Positions 12,218 through 27,627 of a stretch of 64,000 nucleotides of DNA are shown piece after piece. The stretch spans positions 310,001 to 374,000 of the forward strand of contig MU008203.1 of assembly GCA_010909165.1 (NCBI GenBank), in the 5' to 3' direction. Below the pieces are notes generated by a model. It was not told the DNA's origin, ran no database searches, and saw nothing but the letters and a program-made list of their open reading frames with translations. Position 1 is the stretch's first letter. The number at the start of each line of letters is the position of its first letter. Both the position numbers and the translations under genes were made by a program. Source of the DNA: Anthoceros angustus. Taxonomy: Eukaryota > Plantae > Anthocerotophyta.

Positions 12218-13578
12218 TCATACCCTGTAGATGACAACGAAGCAAGGGAGCACTGCCTTGGAATTGAAGACGAGCAGATCCCCCATGTTGGAGTAGGGGC
12301 CGACATCCGAGGCCACGGAATCGTATCCGGCAGGGGGGGAAGAATGGGCATCCAGGGCGAGGGAGTCGGCGGCGGCAGCATCCGTGTGCACTCTCCCGGC
12401 GATGACTCTGCACACCACCATGGCGCGCCGCGCCTTGCACACATCGTCGTCGTCGAACTCGGGCCAGAAGGCGATGGAGTCGTGGGCCTTGCCGCTGGTG
12501 GAGGTGGTGTGGATGCCCTTCCCCGCCTCCCTGTGCGAGGAGAAGCCCTGCCGGATGATCTGGCACACGCTGCAGGAGGGCAGGAAGCAGAGGCTGGTGG
12601 AGCCGCTGTAGCCCAGGGAGCACATGATGGTGGTGCCGTGGAATCGCAGCAGCTCGTTCCCGTCCGCCATGCACCGCGGATGCTTCTTGGGCAGCTTGTT
12701 GGCCCGCGCCTTCACCGCGTCCCGGTACTCCTCGAACTTGGCGATGGTCCTCTGCGTGTTGTGCACCTTCAGGATGCGCTCGATCTTCCCGCACGGGATC
12801 TCCTTCTGCAGCCAGCTCGTCCTGAAGATGATCTCCACCACGTTCCGCGACGAGTCGCCCGGATGGAGCTCGGTCACTGCAGAATCGCACACACACATTG
12901 GCATTGCATCGTCAGGAACGAAGAACGAAGTACTCCAATTTATCCCATATCGTGGCCGAGGCCTGCGCGGCCTCGGCCGTGGGCAAGAGCAGGACTAATT
13001 GCGTACCGGCGTGTCGGATGATCTGGTGGTGCTCCAGCGCCTCCACCCGATTAAAGAGCTGCCCGCATTTCTGGCACCCGGGCTTGGGGGAGTCGCACGC
13101 CATACCCGCCTCCCGCTCCAGTGCCTCGTACCCCTGCCCCATAGTGCAGTCGTAGCAGCCTGAGAATCTCCGCAGCGGCGTCCCCTGCTCACGTAGCTGG
13201 AGGAGATAGGCGTCCCGCAGTAGGAGCTGATCCCCCGCCCCAGCAGCCCCGCTCCCCGACCACGTCGTTCTCCACGCTGTCGAAGAATTCGCTCACGCTG
13301 TCCCGCGACACCGGGCTGCACGACGAGCTCTGCTTGTGCATCACCCTGGTGTTGCCGTGGATCACGTCCTTTAGCGACCTGGCGCAGGCTCCCGAACCCG
13401 CGGCCTTCCTGTCCCCCTTCTCCCTCTCCCTCTCCCTCTCCCTCTCCCGGTCCTTCCCTTCCCTCCCCCCCTTCTTCCCATTCTTGGATTTCCCACTCCC
13501 CGCCCGCGGCTCATGCACCTGCTCCAAGTCCGTTTTGCAAGAAAGCGTCTTCTTCCACGTCTGCCATGGCGCCGGCAT
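12218..13578 (-). CDS. Plant C2H2 zinc-finger protein with C-terminal PARP-catalytic-like domain. Exons 13578-13007 and 12876-12218
   Basis: W..WKKTLSCK..VHEP, DVIHGNTRV, PLRRFSGCYDC, C2H2 motif CQKCGQLF...LEHHQIIRHA, then VTEL..DSSRNVVEIIF..SW, DGNELLRFHGTT, GIHTTSTSGKAH, CRVIAGRV and VLPCFVVIY. GT-AG intron 13006-12877. Exon 1 needs frame correction around 13180-13250. Confidence 0.88.
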
Positions 13579-16500
13579 CTCGTTCCACCTGACCTCACCT
13601 TACCCCCCCTCCCCTTCCCTTCGCCTTCCTATGCTCCTTCCCTCCCCTTCCCCTCCCTACCACGCCCTCGCCCTCCCTACCGCCTTTCCCCGAAATTCCG
13701 CTCTCATCCTCCCCATTCCGCCCCTGCAATTGCACCCGGACGGGAATGCGTTATCCGCGCTTGCAAATTGCAGCCTGTGGATTCCTTTGCTGCAGGCCGG
13801 GGACGAGCCGCATGCAGGCCGCGCTTCGGCGGGCCGCGAATGGTAAGCGGGAGCGAGAGCCCGGGAGGGCAGGAGTCCGGATGCCGAGCAGGACAAGGGG
13901 GCGGCAGCCGAAGAGGGCAGTGTAGCAGCAACAGAATGCGGAAGGACCCGGACAGGAGGAGACAGAAATGAAAGTGCGCTGCTGGGAGGAGCAGAAGTAG
14001 AAACTCCTAGAACCGGATTGCGCCAAGACCGGAAGGACTGGCCTCTCCTTCTCGTCCCCCTTGGACCTTGGACTGGCTTCACCGAGCGATGAGAGAGGCG
14101 AGAGCAGGCATAGCCAGCAGTCTCATCAGACAGTACAGCACAGCAGGCAGAGAGAGGCGGAGGCAGCTGTCAGACCACATGAAGTTTAATTAATAACAAG
14201 ACATTATTTACCATATCCTAAATATCTCCAAAAATCGCACGGCTCACCCGCCTAAGCACGCCCAACTTCCTCCCTTTTCCCACGGCCCGACAGCGGGCCG
14301 CGCAGCTCGGGCTTCGACACCCTCCCTCGTTACGTCAAATATCTCGGCAATCGCAGCCCGGTCGTGAACTTGACTCCAGGTCCCGTCAGGTCGGGTCGGG
14401 TCGGGCCCGGGCCCCGCCCGCGTTGCAAGTTGCAACCGGCTTCGTAAAACCCGGTTCCGGTTTCGAACGGGCTATTATTGGGCGAGTCGCGATGCCCACC
14501 GGACCGTTTGAAAGCGCGAGCCAATGACGCACGCTGTGACCAGGGTTAGACTAGGCACATGGTTACTGTTTACAGAACTCGTTGTAGAGGGCGCCAGTTA
14601 GAACGTGGTTCGGTTGGAGGCGACTCCGTCAGGTGGGGAGCCGCCCGTTTCATCCGGCTTTTTTTGTGGGCCCGTTGGGTTGGGTTCCGTCACTCCGATG
14701 TGAAATTCAAAAATAAGCTATATTTGAACGCAAAGATGTCTAAATACTTGCCAGCGTACGTACACAGCGCTGTACCGATGCCAAATGTACATATCTTGTA
14801 CAGACTACAGTGCCCGCCCGTCTTTATGTCAAAAGGGTGGACGAGTTAATGTGTTTTTGAATTTTCTCATAATATGTGCTCCAATGGGGGGGAAGGATTG
14901 CGTGGTGTCAGGCAGGACAGGATTTATGCCGTAGCCCAAATCCTAGCCTGGGTGTCCCTACAGGTCAATGAATTCGGTCTGCACTTTGTGCTAATGCTCT
15001 GTCCAAGGACGGACGGCCTGGACAAAGGATGGACATCACTGTTTGTGGAATGGCAAATTGCAATGAATGTGCGCATTTTGGAGGCAATTTTGAAGCTGGT
15101 AGCCCGTCACCTGCCCACAAAACGAGAAACCTAGGAGAGCCCGAGAGATCGTTATCGACTCTGCTGTAGCCTGCGAGGTCAGGTCTTGATGACGTCTCTG
15201 TCCCCAGCTTGACCGGGCGCTAAAAAACGCCGCTCTGACGTTTCAAATCGACGTGGCCTTACGTTTTGTAACTAACTCGAGTCCTTGACTGCTCTGGAAG
15301 GTCAGACGGTGAACCCGGGTGAGACTTTGACCTCACCCCAGGTTAGGCTCCGTGCAGACCTGGGGGAGCGAGCCCGGAGGGCGTGCGCCAGGGTGGTGGT
15401 CGGGGCTCGGAGGTTTGAACGACTGACCGGGAGTACCGGGAACGCCGGGTACCGGGTACTGGGTACCGGGTACTCGCAGCGCTGGCAGGTGTCAGTGGGA
15501 GGAGTCGTCGCCTTCGAGCTTCCCCCGGGCGGCCATGGCCCGGTCTGCCGCTGCTCTGCCTCCTGCCAGTGCAGTGCAGGCTGCAGCGACAGAGTCTGCG
15601 CCTTGGCCTTGCTTGTCTGCCGCACTGGCAGCCTTTGCAGGCTTTCGGCATGTGCGGATACGGCCCTTGGTTTTCCGCCTTCTCTTCCTCGACCGACGGA
15701 TGGGAAAGGATGGCTAGAGATGTTTCTCGTGCGCGGCTGCCGCCTTGCGGCTATGCTTTGCTCCGGATATGACAAACCTATCCGCTTCTTCTGCTCACGG
15801 CATCATGTCTATGCATATGCTAATTGTGCTGAAAGGTGTCTTCTCCCTTGCAGTGGTACAGTGATTAGCGATATGACAATAGGTACACAACTTGACAAAA
15901 CTTCGCAATGCAAGGAATAGGGTTCAATGGACTACAAGGGATGCCGCAGCAGCAGGTCCCAGGGCCCGACAGCCTCGAAGCAAGGCCGGCGGTAGCATAC
16001 ATACACAAGCAACCGAGACCATGCATGCGAGCAAGGGTTTGGCGAGAAGTACCTGTCAGGCATCAGTCCTATGCGGCCAACCCTAGCAATCGATTCGGGA
16101 ATTTCGCACGCGCTTCTGTAACTTGTGTTGGGATGAGCAATGAGCGTGCGAGCAGTGCAACGCACGGCAGGCTGGTAATTAATGGCCTGGTATATGGCAT
16201 GACGAGGCACGAGCAACCTTTCTTTTTGGCCGCGTGAGCTTCTTCTTTTGTCCGCTTGCGACGGATTGGGAGTGGCCAAGGCCGGGGATCAGATTCAGAA
16301 CAGACTGACGGCAGCGGCATCCTCCGTTTCGGGACCGGCGGCCCGTTTTCGGCTGTTCCTCCTCCTGCGGCGCAGGTTACAACACTGGCAGTGGAGTGTT
16401 GTTCAGACTCCAGGACTGCAGTCGGCAGGACTGTACCATGACCGGGGGTCTGGCGGAAGAGAGAGCGGGAAGGCGGAGCTGATGGACGGTGACCACACAT

Positions 16501-18229
16501 GAGGCCTCCGCCGTCCCGGGCCCAGTTTCCTGCTCCGGGCGGCGGAGGCGCGCACTCCAATGGCGGCGTTACAGCAGCAGCTGTGGTGCTGTGCTGGAGC
16601 CTGTAGCCTACTGCCTATGTTGCGCTGTGCATGCACCGGCGCCTGCTCCGGCAACGCGCATAGAGCGCCTTCATCCCCGAACCTTCACTCCGTATAGGGC
16701 TAACTAAATAGCGCCTGTACCCTTGCTCATCAATTTGATTCCTCTTTCGCTGCTTTGGGAGCTGCGTGTGGCAGATGGACAAATTTAGCTCAGGTGTGAA
16801 TGCTCATGTTCCTGTCTTTATTCTATCTCCCCCCTCCTTCCTGCATAAAAGGAACGGCACTTATTCCTCGTTGCCTACCGGCTGCTCTAGGCAACGTGGC
16901 AGCCCTTGGAACTGGAAGCGTTCACTTCACCCCGTGGCGGCGTGGTCCACGCCCACCTCTGTTTATATGTATCTAGTCTTTGCTGCGTACCTACCGAGTC
17001 CTCACTGTTGTTGAGGTGCTGCCACCTACAAGCACTTGCTGCTCTTATATGTAGATATAGGCATTTCTTTGCGGATGTTGCTCACTGGAGTTAGAGCATT
17101 CGTATGTAGTGTGGTTGAACATTCTCTTCCATGGACGGACTGAATATGTTACAAGTCTTGGGAACGCTTGTGGGTGTTGCCTAAATGCTCGGATTTGGTT
17201 TGCTTCGACCTCACTGATGCCGTTGCAGGTATAGTAGTCAACAACATCATTCCCCCGCCCCCTTCACTTACAGCATTTACAGGGCTTGCGGAATTGCACT
17301 GTACAGTCCAGCCGTGTAGCTGCATGATGCGAGCAACGAGTGTCCTTGCCATGGGGTCTTCAAAATCCATTCTCCGTTGTGAGGTGTAGCTATACCTCGG
17401 GAGCATGTAGAAATTCCGGCATCGATTACTTTTGTTATCCTATGTTCTGATATTGAACACCGTTGCTCTATTTGAGGAGAAACGGGTGAGCTGCGTCCCA
17501 GCATCGAACTCTTCTGCAGCAGCAGCCTGCGCACGCTTATCAGCCTTCAGGTGGTGGGACTTTCAGCAGAGAGCTTCACAGTGAACTTAATACACTGAGA
17601 AGAGAGGACAGTTCAGCGGGCGAGGCCCTGTCTTGTCCTCCTCTTCTCCCTCATGAAGAAGAATGAAGAAGAAGAAAGAATTTTATTGAAGTCCACTAAG
17701 GACGGATTTCCCTCATGGGACTTGGACTTAACAACTTATACCATGGTGTGCCATGGGTCATTGGTCTCATCAGTCATGGACCACGAAGGCATAAACAAGA
17801 ACGAAGTCGCCTTCCGGGGACACCAGAATTCTAACATGATTTGTATATCAACAATCAGATAATGCTTTACCAGAACTCGCTCACTCTCCGACAGCGCTGT
17901 AAAAGAGGCGTTGCTGTTTTCCTTTCGACCTAGCATCACTAAAATCATTTGGGATTAGAGTATATAACCCATATCGCGAATGGAGGTTGCGTATCAGCCC
18001 TATATATAGCTGCTTCCACCTTATAAATTTTTGGAGGCAGAGAGGCGCCTCGACGTTGTCGAGGAAAGTCCCCGAAAGTCCCTAAAGGGAAGACCCACCT
18101 TGTATACGTACATGGAGGTAGCTAGCTATAGTACAGTCATGCGCCTGGCAAAACAGCCATCGTGCTAACGGAATGGGGCTTACTCCTGCCTTCCTCTCTC
18201 GTTTTTGGGACAGCTTAAGCAGCCCGAAC

Positions 18230-20840
<2,611 letters not shown>

Positions 20841-21679
20841 GCTCGGATTTTCATGCCCCTCCCAAATGCAACACCGGCTGGCAAACGAAGTTCTGTTTGT
20901 TTCGTCTGCCAGCGGCAGTGAAACGGGGGAAGTCGAGATAAGGACAGGGATGGACGAGATTGTTCGAAAAGTCTCGGAGAACGCCTGTGAAAATGTGCTG
21001 AGCTCAGTGGATCTTGCACTCCGTGCAGGTTTGTAGGCCCATCGCCAAAATGCCGGGGATCGTCCATTCGGGATGCCTTCAAACAGCGCCACTCTTGCTC
21101 CAGGGGAAGTAGTGACCATCTGGTCCACCATGGCAGGGGCTGAAGTCGGCGTCAGTAAAGCTGGGGCCGTCTTCTCGAGCACTGTGGTCTACCGCTGAAC
21201 TTGGGATGAAGGGAGTCAGGGCCTGGAACTACAATCCTTGAATTCTTCCAAGTGGCAGCAGGATGTTTCGAGGAAGGTACTCTGTCGGTCTGATAAGCGT
21301 CATATCCTTGGTATACGCAACCGAAGGTTGTGCTTCACAGTGGGTGCAGCCTTATGTCTATGCAGAGCAATTCCAGGCTTCTTGATTCTCGTCATGAGGC
21401 TGCAAGGGATTGCAGCGAGCTGGCAGGAACGAATATTGTTTCCTTGGGTTGGGTTCAAAGGCGGGTCTTCTCTCCAGTAGGTGTGTTTGCACTTTGCTGA
21501 ATGTACGGGTGAATTGAAGCCTCAAGGCTAGATTATGCTGGGTCCATGGCTGAGCCTGTTTTGCTCAGGCCGAACGGCATCGACGGAAGACATTGAAATT
21601 GAAGACGCGAAAATGCACAGGATAGCTCTCCAGGTCTCGAATCTGTGTGATCAGGGAAAAGTGAAAGAAGCACTGACTG

Positions 21680-24241
21680 ATGGACCAGGAGGGCATGGCA
21701 ACCTCCTTTGACACTTATGTCCTCCTGCTGCAAGGCTGCTGTAGAATGAAGTCTCTTGCAGAGGCCAAGCAATTGCATGCTCACATGACCAAGAACGGGG
21801 TGGATTTGACAGGCTTTCTTGGAAATTCTGCTGTTGACATGTTTGTGAAGTGTGGGAGCTTTTCAGATGCACTTCGTGTGTTCAACAGGCTGGGGCACCG
21901 AAATGCTACCGCATGGACAGCAATTATCACAGGGAATACCAAGGGTGGACAGCCTCGACAGGCTCTGAGGATGTATCGACACATGCGGGAGGACAATGTG
22001 AAGCCAAACAGGTTCACCTTCTTAAGCCTTCTAAAAGCCTGCAGCAGCTTAGCAGATCTGAAAGAGGGGAAGTGGATCCATCAAGAAATTTTCAGCACTG
22101 GGTTACATACAAACTTGATTGTAGCAACTAGTCTACTGGACATGTATGCGAAATGTGGGAGCATGGTGGACGCGCAGCAAGTGTTTGACACATTACCTAG
22201 GCGCGATGTGGTTGCGTGGAATGCAATGATAACAGGATATGCGCAGCAAGAACAAGGTCAGAAAGTGTTTGAACTATTTGCTAAGATGAAGGAGGAGAAT
22301 GTGAGACCAGATGATCGCACCTTTGTAGGTTTGCTGAAAGCATGTGGCAGCTCAGCAACTAAGGAAGAGGACATGATTGTCGATGGCCAACTTGTCAAGT
22401 CGAATTCTCTGCAACAAGGCAGAGAGATTCATGCTGAAGTTAGTGCAAGGGGATATGAATCAGACGAATTCGTAGGGAACAAGCTTGTTGACATGTACTC
22501 GAAATGCGGGAGTATGGTGGATGCACAGAGGGTATTTGACAACTTGTCCAAGCGCGATGTTATATCTTGGACAGCCATGATCTTAGGTTATGCCCAGCAA
22601 GAAGAGGGGGACAAGGCTTTGCAACTTTATCTTCAAATGCAACGTGAAGGGATCAGTCCAGACGGTCGGTCCTGTCTGGGTGGACTGAAAGCATGTGCCA
22701 TTTTGGCAGCAGATGAAGAAGCCACACTTTGTGAGGGCCAATATCTGAAAGTACAAGCCCTGAGTCAGGGTAAGCTGATTCATGCAGAGGTGGACAGGCA
22801 AGGCTTCCTTTTTGATCCATTTGTTGGGAACACCCTTCTGCACATGTATGCAAAATGCGGGGACCTGATAAATGCTCGTCGTGTCTTTGACACCCTGCCT
22901 CAGCGGAATGTGGTGTCATGGAATGCAATGCTTGCGGCATACACTCTACAGGAGCAAAGTGAGACAGCCTTGCAGCTTTATGAACAAATGCAGGAACAAG
23001 GTATCGGTTGCAATGACAGGACGCTTCTGAACATGTTGAGGGCTTGCTGCAGCTTAGCTTCACTGGAAGAGGAGTCACTTGTGGATGGCCAACTCATGAA
23101 ATTACAGTCCTTAAAAAAGGGCACTATAATTCACGAGGATATTATTGCACGGGGCTATGAATCCGTGACTTTCATTGGCAGTGCTCTGGTGGATATGTAT
23201 GCCAAATGTGGGAACCTTGTGGAGGCACAGCGTGTGTTTGACAAACTGCCCCAGCGTGATGTACTATCATGGACAGCCCTGATAGGAGGATATGCTCAGC
23301 AAGAACAAAGGGAACAGGCAATGCAGCTCTATGAAGAAATGCAAAAGTGTGGAATCAGACCCAATGCAACCACTTTTCTCTGCATCCTCGAAGCCTGCAG
23401 CTGCATAGGAGCTTTAAACATGTGCACACAGATCCACGATGACATCTCGAGGAGCGGAATCAAGTGGAGTAAAGATCTGGCAACCACTCTCATACATGCT
23501 TATGGGAGGTGTGGTAGCATGGTAGAAGCTCAGCGAGTCTTTGATACAGTTCCTCAGCATGACGTTCTGTCATGGACTGCATTGATTGCAGGATATGCAA
23601 GACAAGGGGAAAGTGAAAAGGCATTGCAATGTTTCGAAGATATGAAACGGGCTGGCACGCAGCCAAACGGTGTCACATTTCTTGCCGTTCTCAGTGCATG
23701 CACCCATGCAGGCTTGGTGGAGACAGGCCTTGACTATTTTGAAACCATGAAGGAACGCTATGGGATCAGTCCCAGAAGAGAGCATTATGCTTGTCTGGTG
23801 GATCTTCTTGGTCGAGCAGGTCTCTTGCAGCAGGCAGAAGACATCCTGAGGGGACTGCCAATGAAGCCTGATTTAACAGTTTGGTTGTGTCTTCTTGGTG
23901 CCTGCCGGACCTACAACAATGTAGAGATTGGCCGACGTGCTTTTGACTGTGCAGTTAAATTGGATCCAAAACACTGTGCAGCTTATGTGTTGATGTCGAA
24001 CATCTATGCCTCTGCCCAAATGTGGGAGGAGGCACAGAAGATCCAAGAACTCAGGGGAAGTATAGTTGATTTCAAGAAGCCTGGACAGAGCTGGATAGAG
24101 CAAGGCCAAACTGTGCATGTGTTCAGTGTGGGAGACAAAAGCCACCATCAAATTGAAAAGGTCTATGAGAAGCTAGAAGCATTGCGTGTACAATTGGAAG
24201 AACCAGATCTTGCCCTTCTCACGTCTGCTGAGTGTCCTTGA
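21680..24241 (+). CDS. PLS-class PPR protein with E1/E2/E+ tail and no DYW domain (853 aa; true start possibly 21535)
   Basis: Uninterrupted ORF of P-L-S triplets (MYAKCGS..DA..VFD.L..RDVVAWNAMI.GY), ending HYACLVDLLGRAG...KKPGQSWIE...VHVFSVGDKSH. No HxE/CxxC motif downstream. Confidence 0.95.
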   Translation: MDQEGMATSFDTYVLLLQGCCRMKSLAEAKQLHAHMTKNGVDLTGFLGNSAVDMFVKCGSFSDALRVFNRLGHRNATAWTAIITGNTKGGQPRQALRMYRHMREDNVKPNRFTFLSLLKACSSLADLKEGKWIHQEIFSTGLHTNLIVATSLLDMYAKCGSMVDAQQVFDTLPRRDVVAWNAMITGYAQQEQGQKVFELFAKMKEENVRPDDRTFVGLLKACGSSATKEEDMIVDGQLVKSNSLQQGREIHAEVSARGYESDEFVGNKLVDMYSKCGSMVDAQRVFDNLSKRDVISWTAMILGYAQQEEGDKALQLYLQMQREGISPDGRSCLGGLKACAILAADEEATLCEGQYLKVQALSQGKLIHAEVDRQGFLFDPFVGNTLLHMYAKCGDLINARRVFDTLPQRNVVSWNAMLAAYTLQEQSETALQLYEQMQEQGIGCNDRTLLNMLRACCSLASLEEESLVDGQLMKLQSLKKGTIIHEDIIARGYESVTFIGSALVDMYAKCGNLVEAQRVFDKLPQRDVLSWTALIGGYAQQEQREQAMQLYEEMQKCGIRPNATTFLCILEACSCIGALNMCTQIHDDISRSGIKWSKDLATTLIHAYGRCGSMVEAQRVFDTVPQHDVLSWTALIAGYARQGESEKALQCFEDMKRAGTQPNGVTFLAVLSACTHAGLVETGLDYFETMKERYGISPRREHYACLVDLLGRAGLLQQAEDILRGLPMKPDLTVWLCLLGACRTYNNVEIGRRAFDCAVKLDPKHCAAYVLMSNIYASAQMWEEAQKIQELRGSIVDFKKPGQSWIEQGQTVHVFSVGDKSHHQIEKVYEKLEALRVQLEEPDLALLTSAECP

Positions 24242-24439
24242 CCATTGTGTGTCAGACAAACTGGAATCATGTCAGGATCACAACTTGTAAATGAAGACTC
24301 TGTGTACTGACTGGGGCCAAGGTTCTGCTCTTTTCAGGCTACATCTCTTGCTTGGCTGCATGAAAACCAAGGCCCTATCCAGGGCTGCAAGCAACCATGT
24401 ACTGGTGTCATCAGCAATTGGCACCTTGGGCAGATCTGA

Positions 24440-24830
24440 AATCAGTCGAGCAGAGATATGAGGATGCTGTGAGGAGTCTGTATGCTCAAATGCAAGACTA
24501 GATAAGGGTGCATGTCAGTCCTCTAATAGCATGTTGCAACGTGGCCGACATTGAAGTTGCTACGCTTGTTGAGAACGGTACAAGAATTCACATCAGTGTG
24601 CTCGGAGACAAGCTTTGGAAATTGTCCTTTGCACATTTTGAAAGTGGAGGGGATCTTATGAAAGCATCCATGAAAGCAAGGCATGGTCATTACAAGGAAG
24701 CTTGCAGGGTATGCCCGGGAGTGAAAGCAATGCAACTCTTTGTATATATCATGGGGCTGAACCAATTGATGCTATACATGTTTGCGTCCTCAAGTCTTGC
24801 AGCAACATAGGAGCCCTGTACTTGCATGAG
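24440..24830 (+). pseudogene. Highly degenerate PPR fragment
   Basis: Scattered PPR-like peptides (EDAVRSLYAQMQ, KHGHYKEA, DAIHVCVLKSCSNIGAL) in several frames. Confidence 0.4.
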
Positions 24831-25263
24831 GCAGTATGGCCGATGCTCTGAATGTTCTCAAGACAAAGATGGTTGATTAAGCACATCGGAGTACTTCATT
24901 GTAGCAGTGATTTTGCAAATGTTTTTGTTGACAGCAGGGACGGGAGGGGTAGCGCTACCTACCTAGAGCTACCTCTGTTGCCTCTTATTCGGTTCACAAC
25001 ATCGGCCAGAGCCAGGTGCCATGAGCACCAGATGCCCGGTATGACTCGAAAAGGTCCTGATCCACTTGGCCGCTCTCCAATTTCGAAATCGAATGGTAGT
25101 AGTATTCAGTGGAAATGTTGGAAAAGAGACCTACAACGGAAACCGAAAACGGAAGCTACAGAGTCCGAGAACGGAGAACATATTCCTCTAATATATAATA
25201 TACACACGTGCTCTCGCCTGCTGATAGTTTTCACAGATAGCGGTTGGTCTGCAGTCGATTCAG

Positions 25264-25724
25264 ATGGCGGACGAGAAAGCCGTCGCGAGGGAGGAGGCTG
25301 GGCCGAAGCCTCAGTTTCCGCCAGTGTCGGCACATGAGATGGGAGACGGTCGAGTGCAGGTGCGTAGGTCACTGGCCGCGCGATACACCTGATTCTGTCA
25401 CTTTGCAGAAATGTGCGATTTTGTGCATGCTTTTCTTTTAGGGTTCGAGCTAAGATTAGATGATCTCTATGTGGAGTATTTCGAGATTAAGGATGCGAAG
25501 ACGTTGAAAGGGGAACACTTGTCCAGAGCTGTTGGAACGTTGTCAGGGAACAGAAGGAAGACAAATGTGCGATTGGGAATTCAACCAAGACGAAAGTAGG
25601 CATCGCGGATACCAGGATACACTTCTTGGCCCCTTTGCCAACGATCACTTTGCAACCTTGTTTTGGGGTCCCCTGCACCGAAAGTCTACTCGAACTTGCC
25701 ATCTCGCTCCCTCGCCGATAACAA
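25264..25724 (+). pseudogene. PNO1: PNO1/DIM2 (KH-domain 40S biogenesis factor) pseudogene with internal deletions
   Basis: MADEK...PKPQFPPVSAHEMGDGRVQ, RDTPD...[57 protein letters not shown] and LGSPAPKVYS, across frameshifts. Confidence 0.85.
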
Positions 25725-26331
25725 CAGATCGTGAACAGCATTATTGTGCGGTGAGAGAAACCACAATTTGATCAGCCTGTGGAATACAGAGGGCTGTGGA
25801 TTATAACCTCGCTGTACGGCGCTTATGCCACGTAAGGAACAACAATCCGGACAACTCAAGCAACCAAACGCTATCCGGTCAGGGCTTTTTTGCGAGAAAA
25901 CCACAAACCCGATCTCGGCCACTTTTAGACACCCATCCCTTTAAAAGCCAGACTTTCGCCGAACAGCTCTAAATCCTGTCCTATTTTGGGGGGAAAATAT
26001 TTGAGTATCCTTTCCCAATTCGTACTCCCTCTCTTCGCAGTAGGGCCCGTTTCCATCTAGCCCGCTCCAGCTACGGAATGCCCGGGCATAACACCGACCT
26101 GGGTGTTCACATGGTTACGGGCAAGTGTGGCCATCTTCATGCCATGATTGACATCTCCCCTTCAATACCCAGAAATTATTATCCAAATATTTTTATTTAT
26201 TATTTGTATTAAGTTTTACATATTACTTATGAGTCCATATTCTACATACTTGCCACGGTGGCAGTCATCCTGGGTCGGCATAGCCTTCTCGTTTCTTATT
26301 TTAAACCCGGCTCCGAGCCAGGCCGGTCGCT

Positions 26332-26650
26332 AACCGACAAAGCACCCGGTCCGCCAACTTCGTGTCTTTTGTGCAAACCAGGCCCCGGCCCGGGCTCATG
26401 GGAAACTAGCCCTTATTTGACATAATCTCTTCGCCCATATCTCTCCTCGGCTCAACATCCTGCCAAAATTTTGAGTTATTATGTGCCAATCGACAACCGA
26501 CAAAGCACCCAGTCCGCCAACTTCGTGTGTTTTGTGCAAACCCGGCCCCGGGCCGAGCTCATGGGAAACTGGCCCTTACTCGGCATAATCTCTTCCCTCA
26601 TATCTCTGTTGAGCTCAACATCCTACCAAAATTTGAGTTATTCAATGCAT
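26332..26650 (+). repeat. About 160-bp direct tandem duplication
   Basis: ACCGACAAAGCACCC.GTCCGCCAACTTCGTGT...TTTGAGTTATT occurs at about 26334 and 26496. Confidence 0.9.
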
Positions 26651-27502
26651 GACAAGTAACGGCTTGTGGTCCCTTTCTCATAACTCGGCAAAATCCCTTT
26701 GCCCATACCTTTGCTAAGGACAACATCATCCTTGTATTAACCAACCAAAGTGTTGAGTTATTTCGTCCATAACATATAACGACTTGTGCATTAAAGGTGA
26801 CGGGCTTGCTTGGACAATATGGCCCGTACCCCTATTCTTCTGGTGGTACGAGATTGACGCAACAATCGACCAAGTTGTTGTGACTGGTTTTTTGAGGCAG
26901 CGTCGTGCCAGCCAGTGGGAATGGGTGGCAGTTCTAATGTTGTTGCAAACTATGGAATGGTAGGCCAGCGTGTCATCGTAGGTGTCTTGTGGCATGTTGT
27001 AGGCCCAAAAACTTTGTGTTTCATGGCTTGCTGAAAGCCACATATTTCATGAATAAAGACGTGCTGGGAATGGTGTTGAGGACCGCATTGCTGATAAAAG
27101 CTTACCCCCTTGCATGAATTACCTCCAAGAAATGTGTGGTGTAGCGATGACGCCCCCACTGACATGAGCTGTCTCCTGCAAATGCTTCCATCCATGACCT
27201 GTGGCAAGCAACATGTGGAGTTTGTGAGAATGATGACAAAGGGTGAACATGTGGACGTTGTATGCATAAATAACAAAAGTGTGAACATGTCGACGACGGA
27301 CGCAAACCCTAATAGAACCCTAACCCCGAGTGTACGGAAACATTTTGTTCGAAGTGTGTAATCTGTACACTAGGCGTGCAAGTTTGGGAACCGATCGAAC
27401 GCTTCGACGTGTTTGAAAGACAAATATGATAGTTTGACTGTATGCAGGCCGTATGTCTGAAGAGAGTTTTTTTATCGGTGCGTGATTGGTACACCATAGC
27501 TA

Positions 27503-27627
27503 ACTACTGGGATGGGATGCGTACCCCAACAAAAAAGCGTCTAGGGCTTATGACTACTGGCATGAAATGCGTACCCCAACAAAAAAGCGTCTAGGGCTTA
27601 TGACTCCTGGGATGGGGTAAGCACCCC
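27503..27627 (+). repeat. 50-bp tandem repeat, 2.5 copies
   Basis: ACTACTGGG...ATGCGTACCCCAACAAAAAAGCGTCTAGGGCTTATG starts at 27503 and 27553, with a partial copy at 27603. Confidence 0.9.

Noticed and set aside
12000-13021. 297-298 aa ORFs at 12128-13021 (+) and 12000-12896 (-)
   Set aside because: Antisense or alternative-frame shadows of the zinc-finger/PARP-like exon 2.
15285-16560. ORFs of 100-211 aa in the GC-rich intergenic region
   Set aside because: No ATG context or splice structure and no recognisable motif; both strands are open, as expected from high GC.
16900-17650. Leu-rich peptides hinting at an F-box/LRR relic
   Set aside because: Too fragmentary to support a call.
27303-27325. 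AAACCCTAA telo-box-like motifs
   Set aside because: Isolated; not a telomeric array and no associated gene identified.
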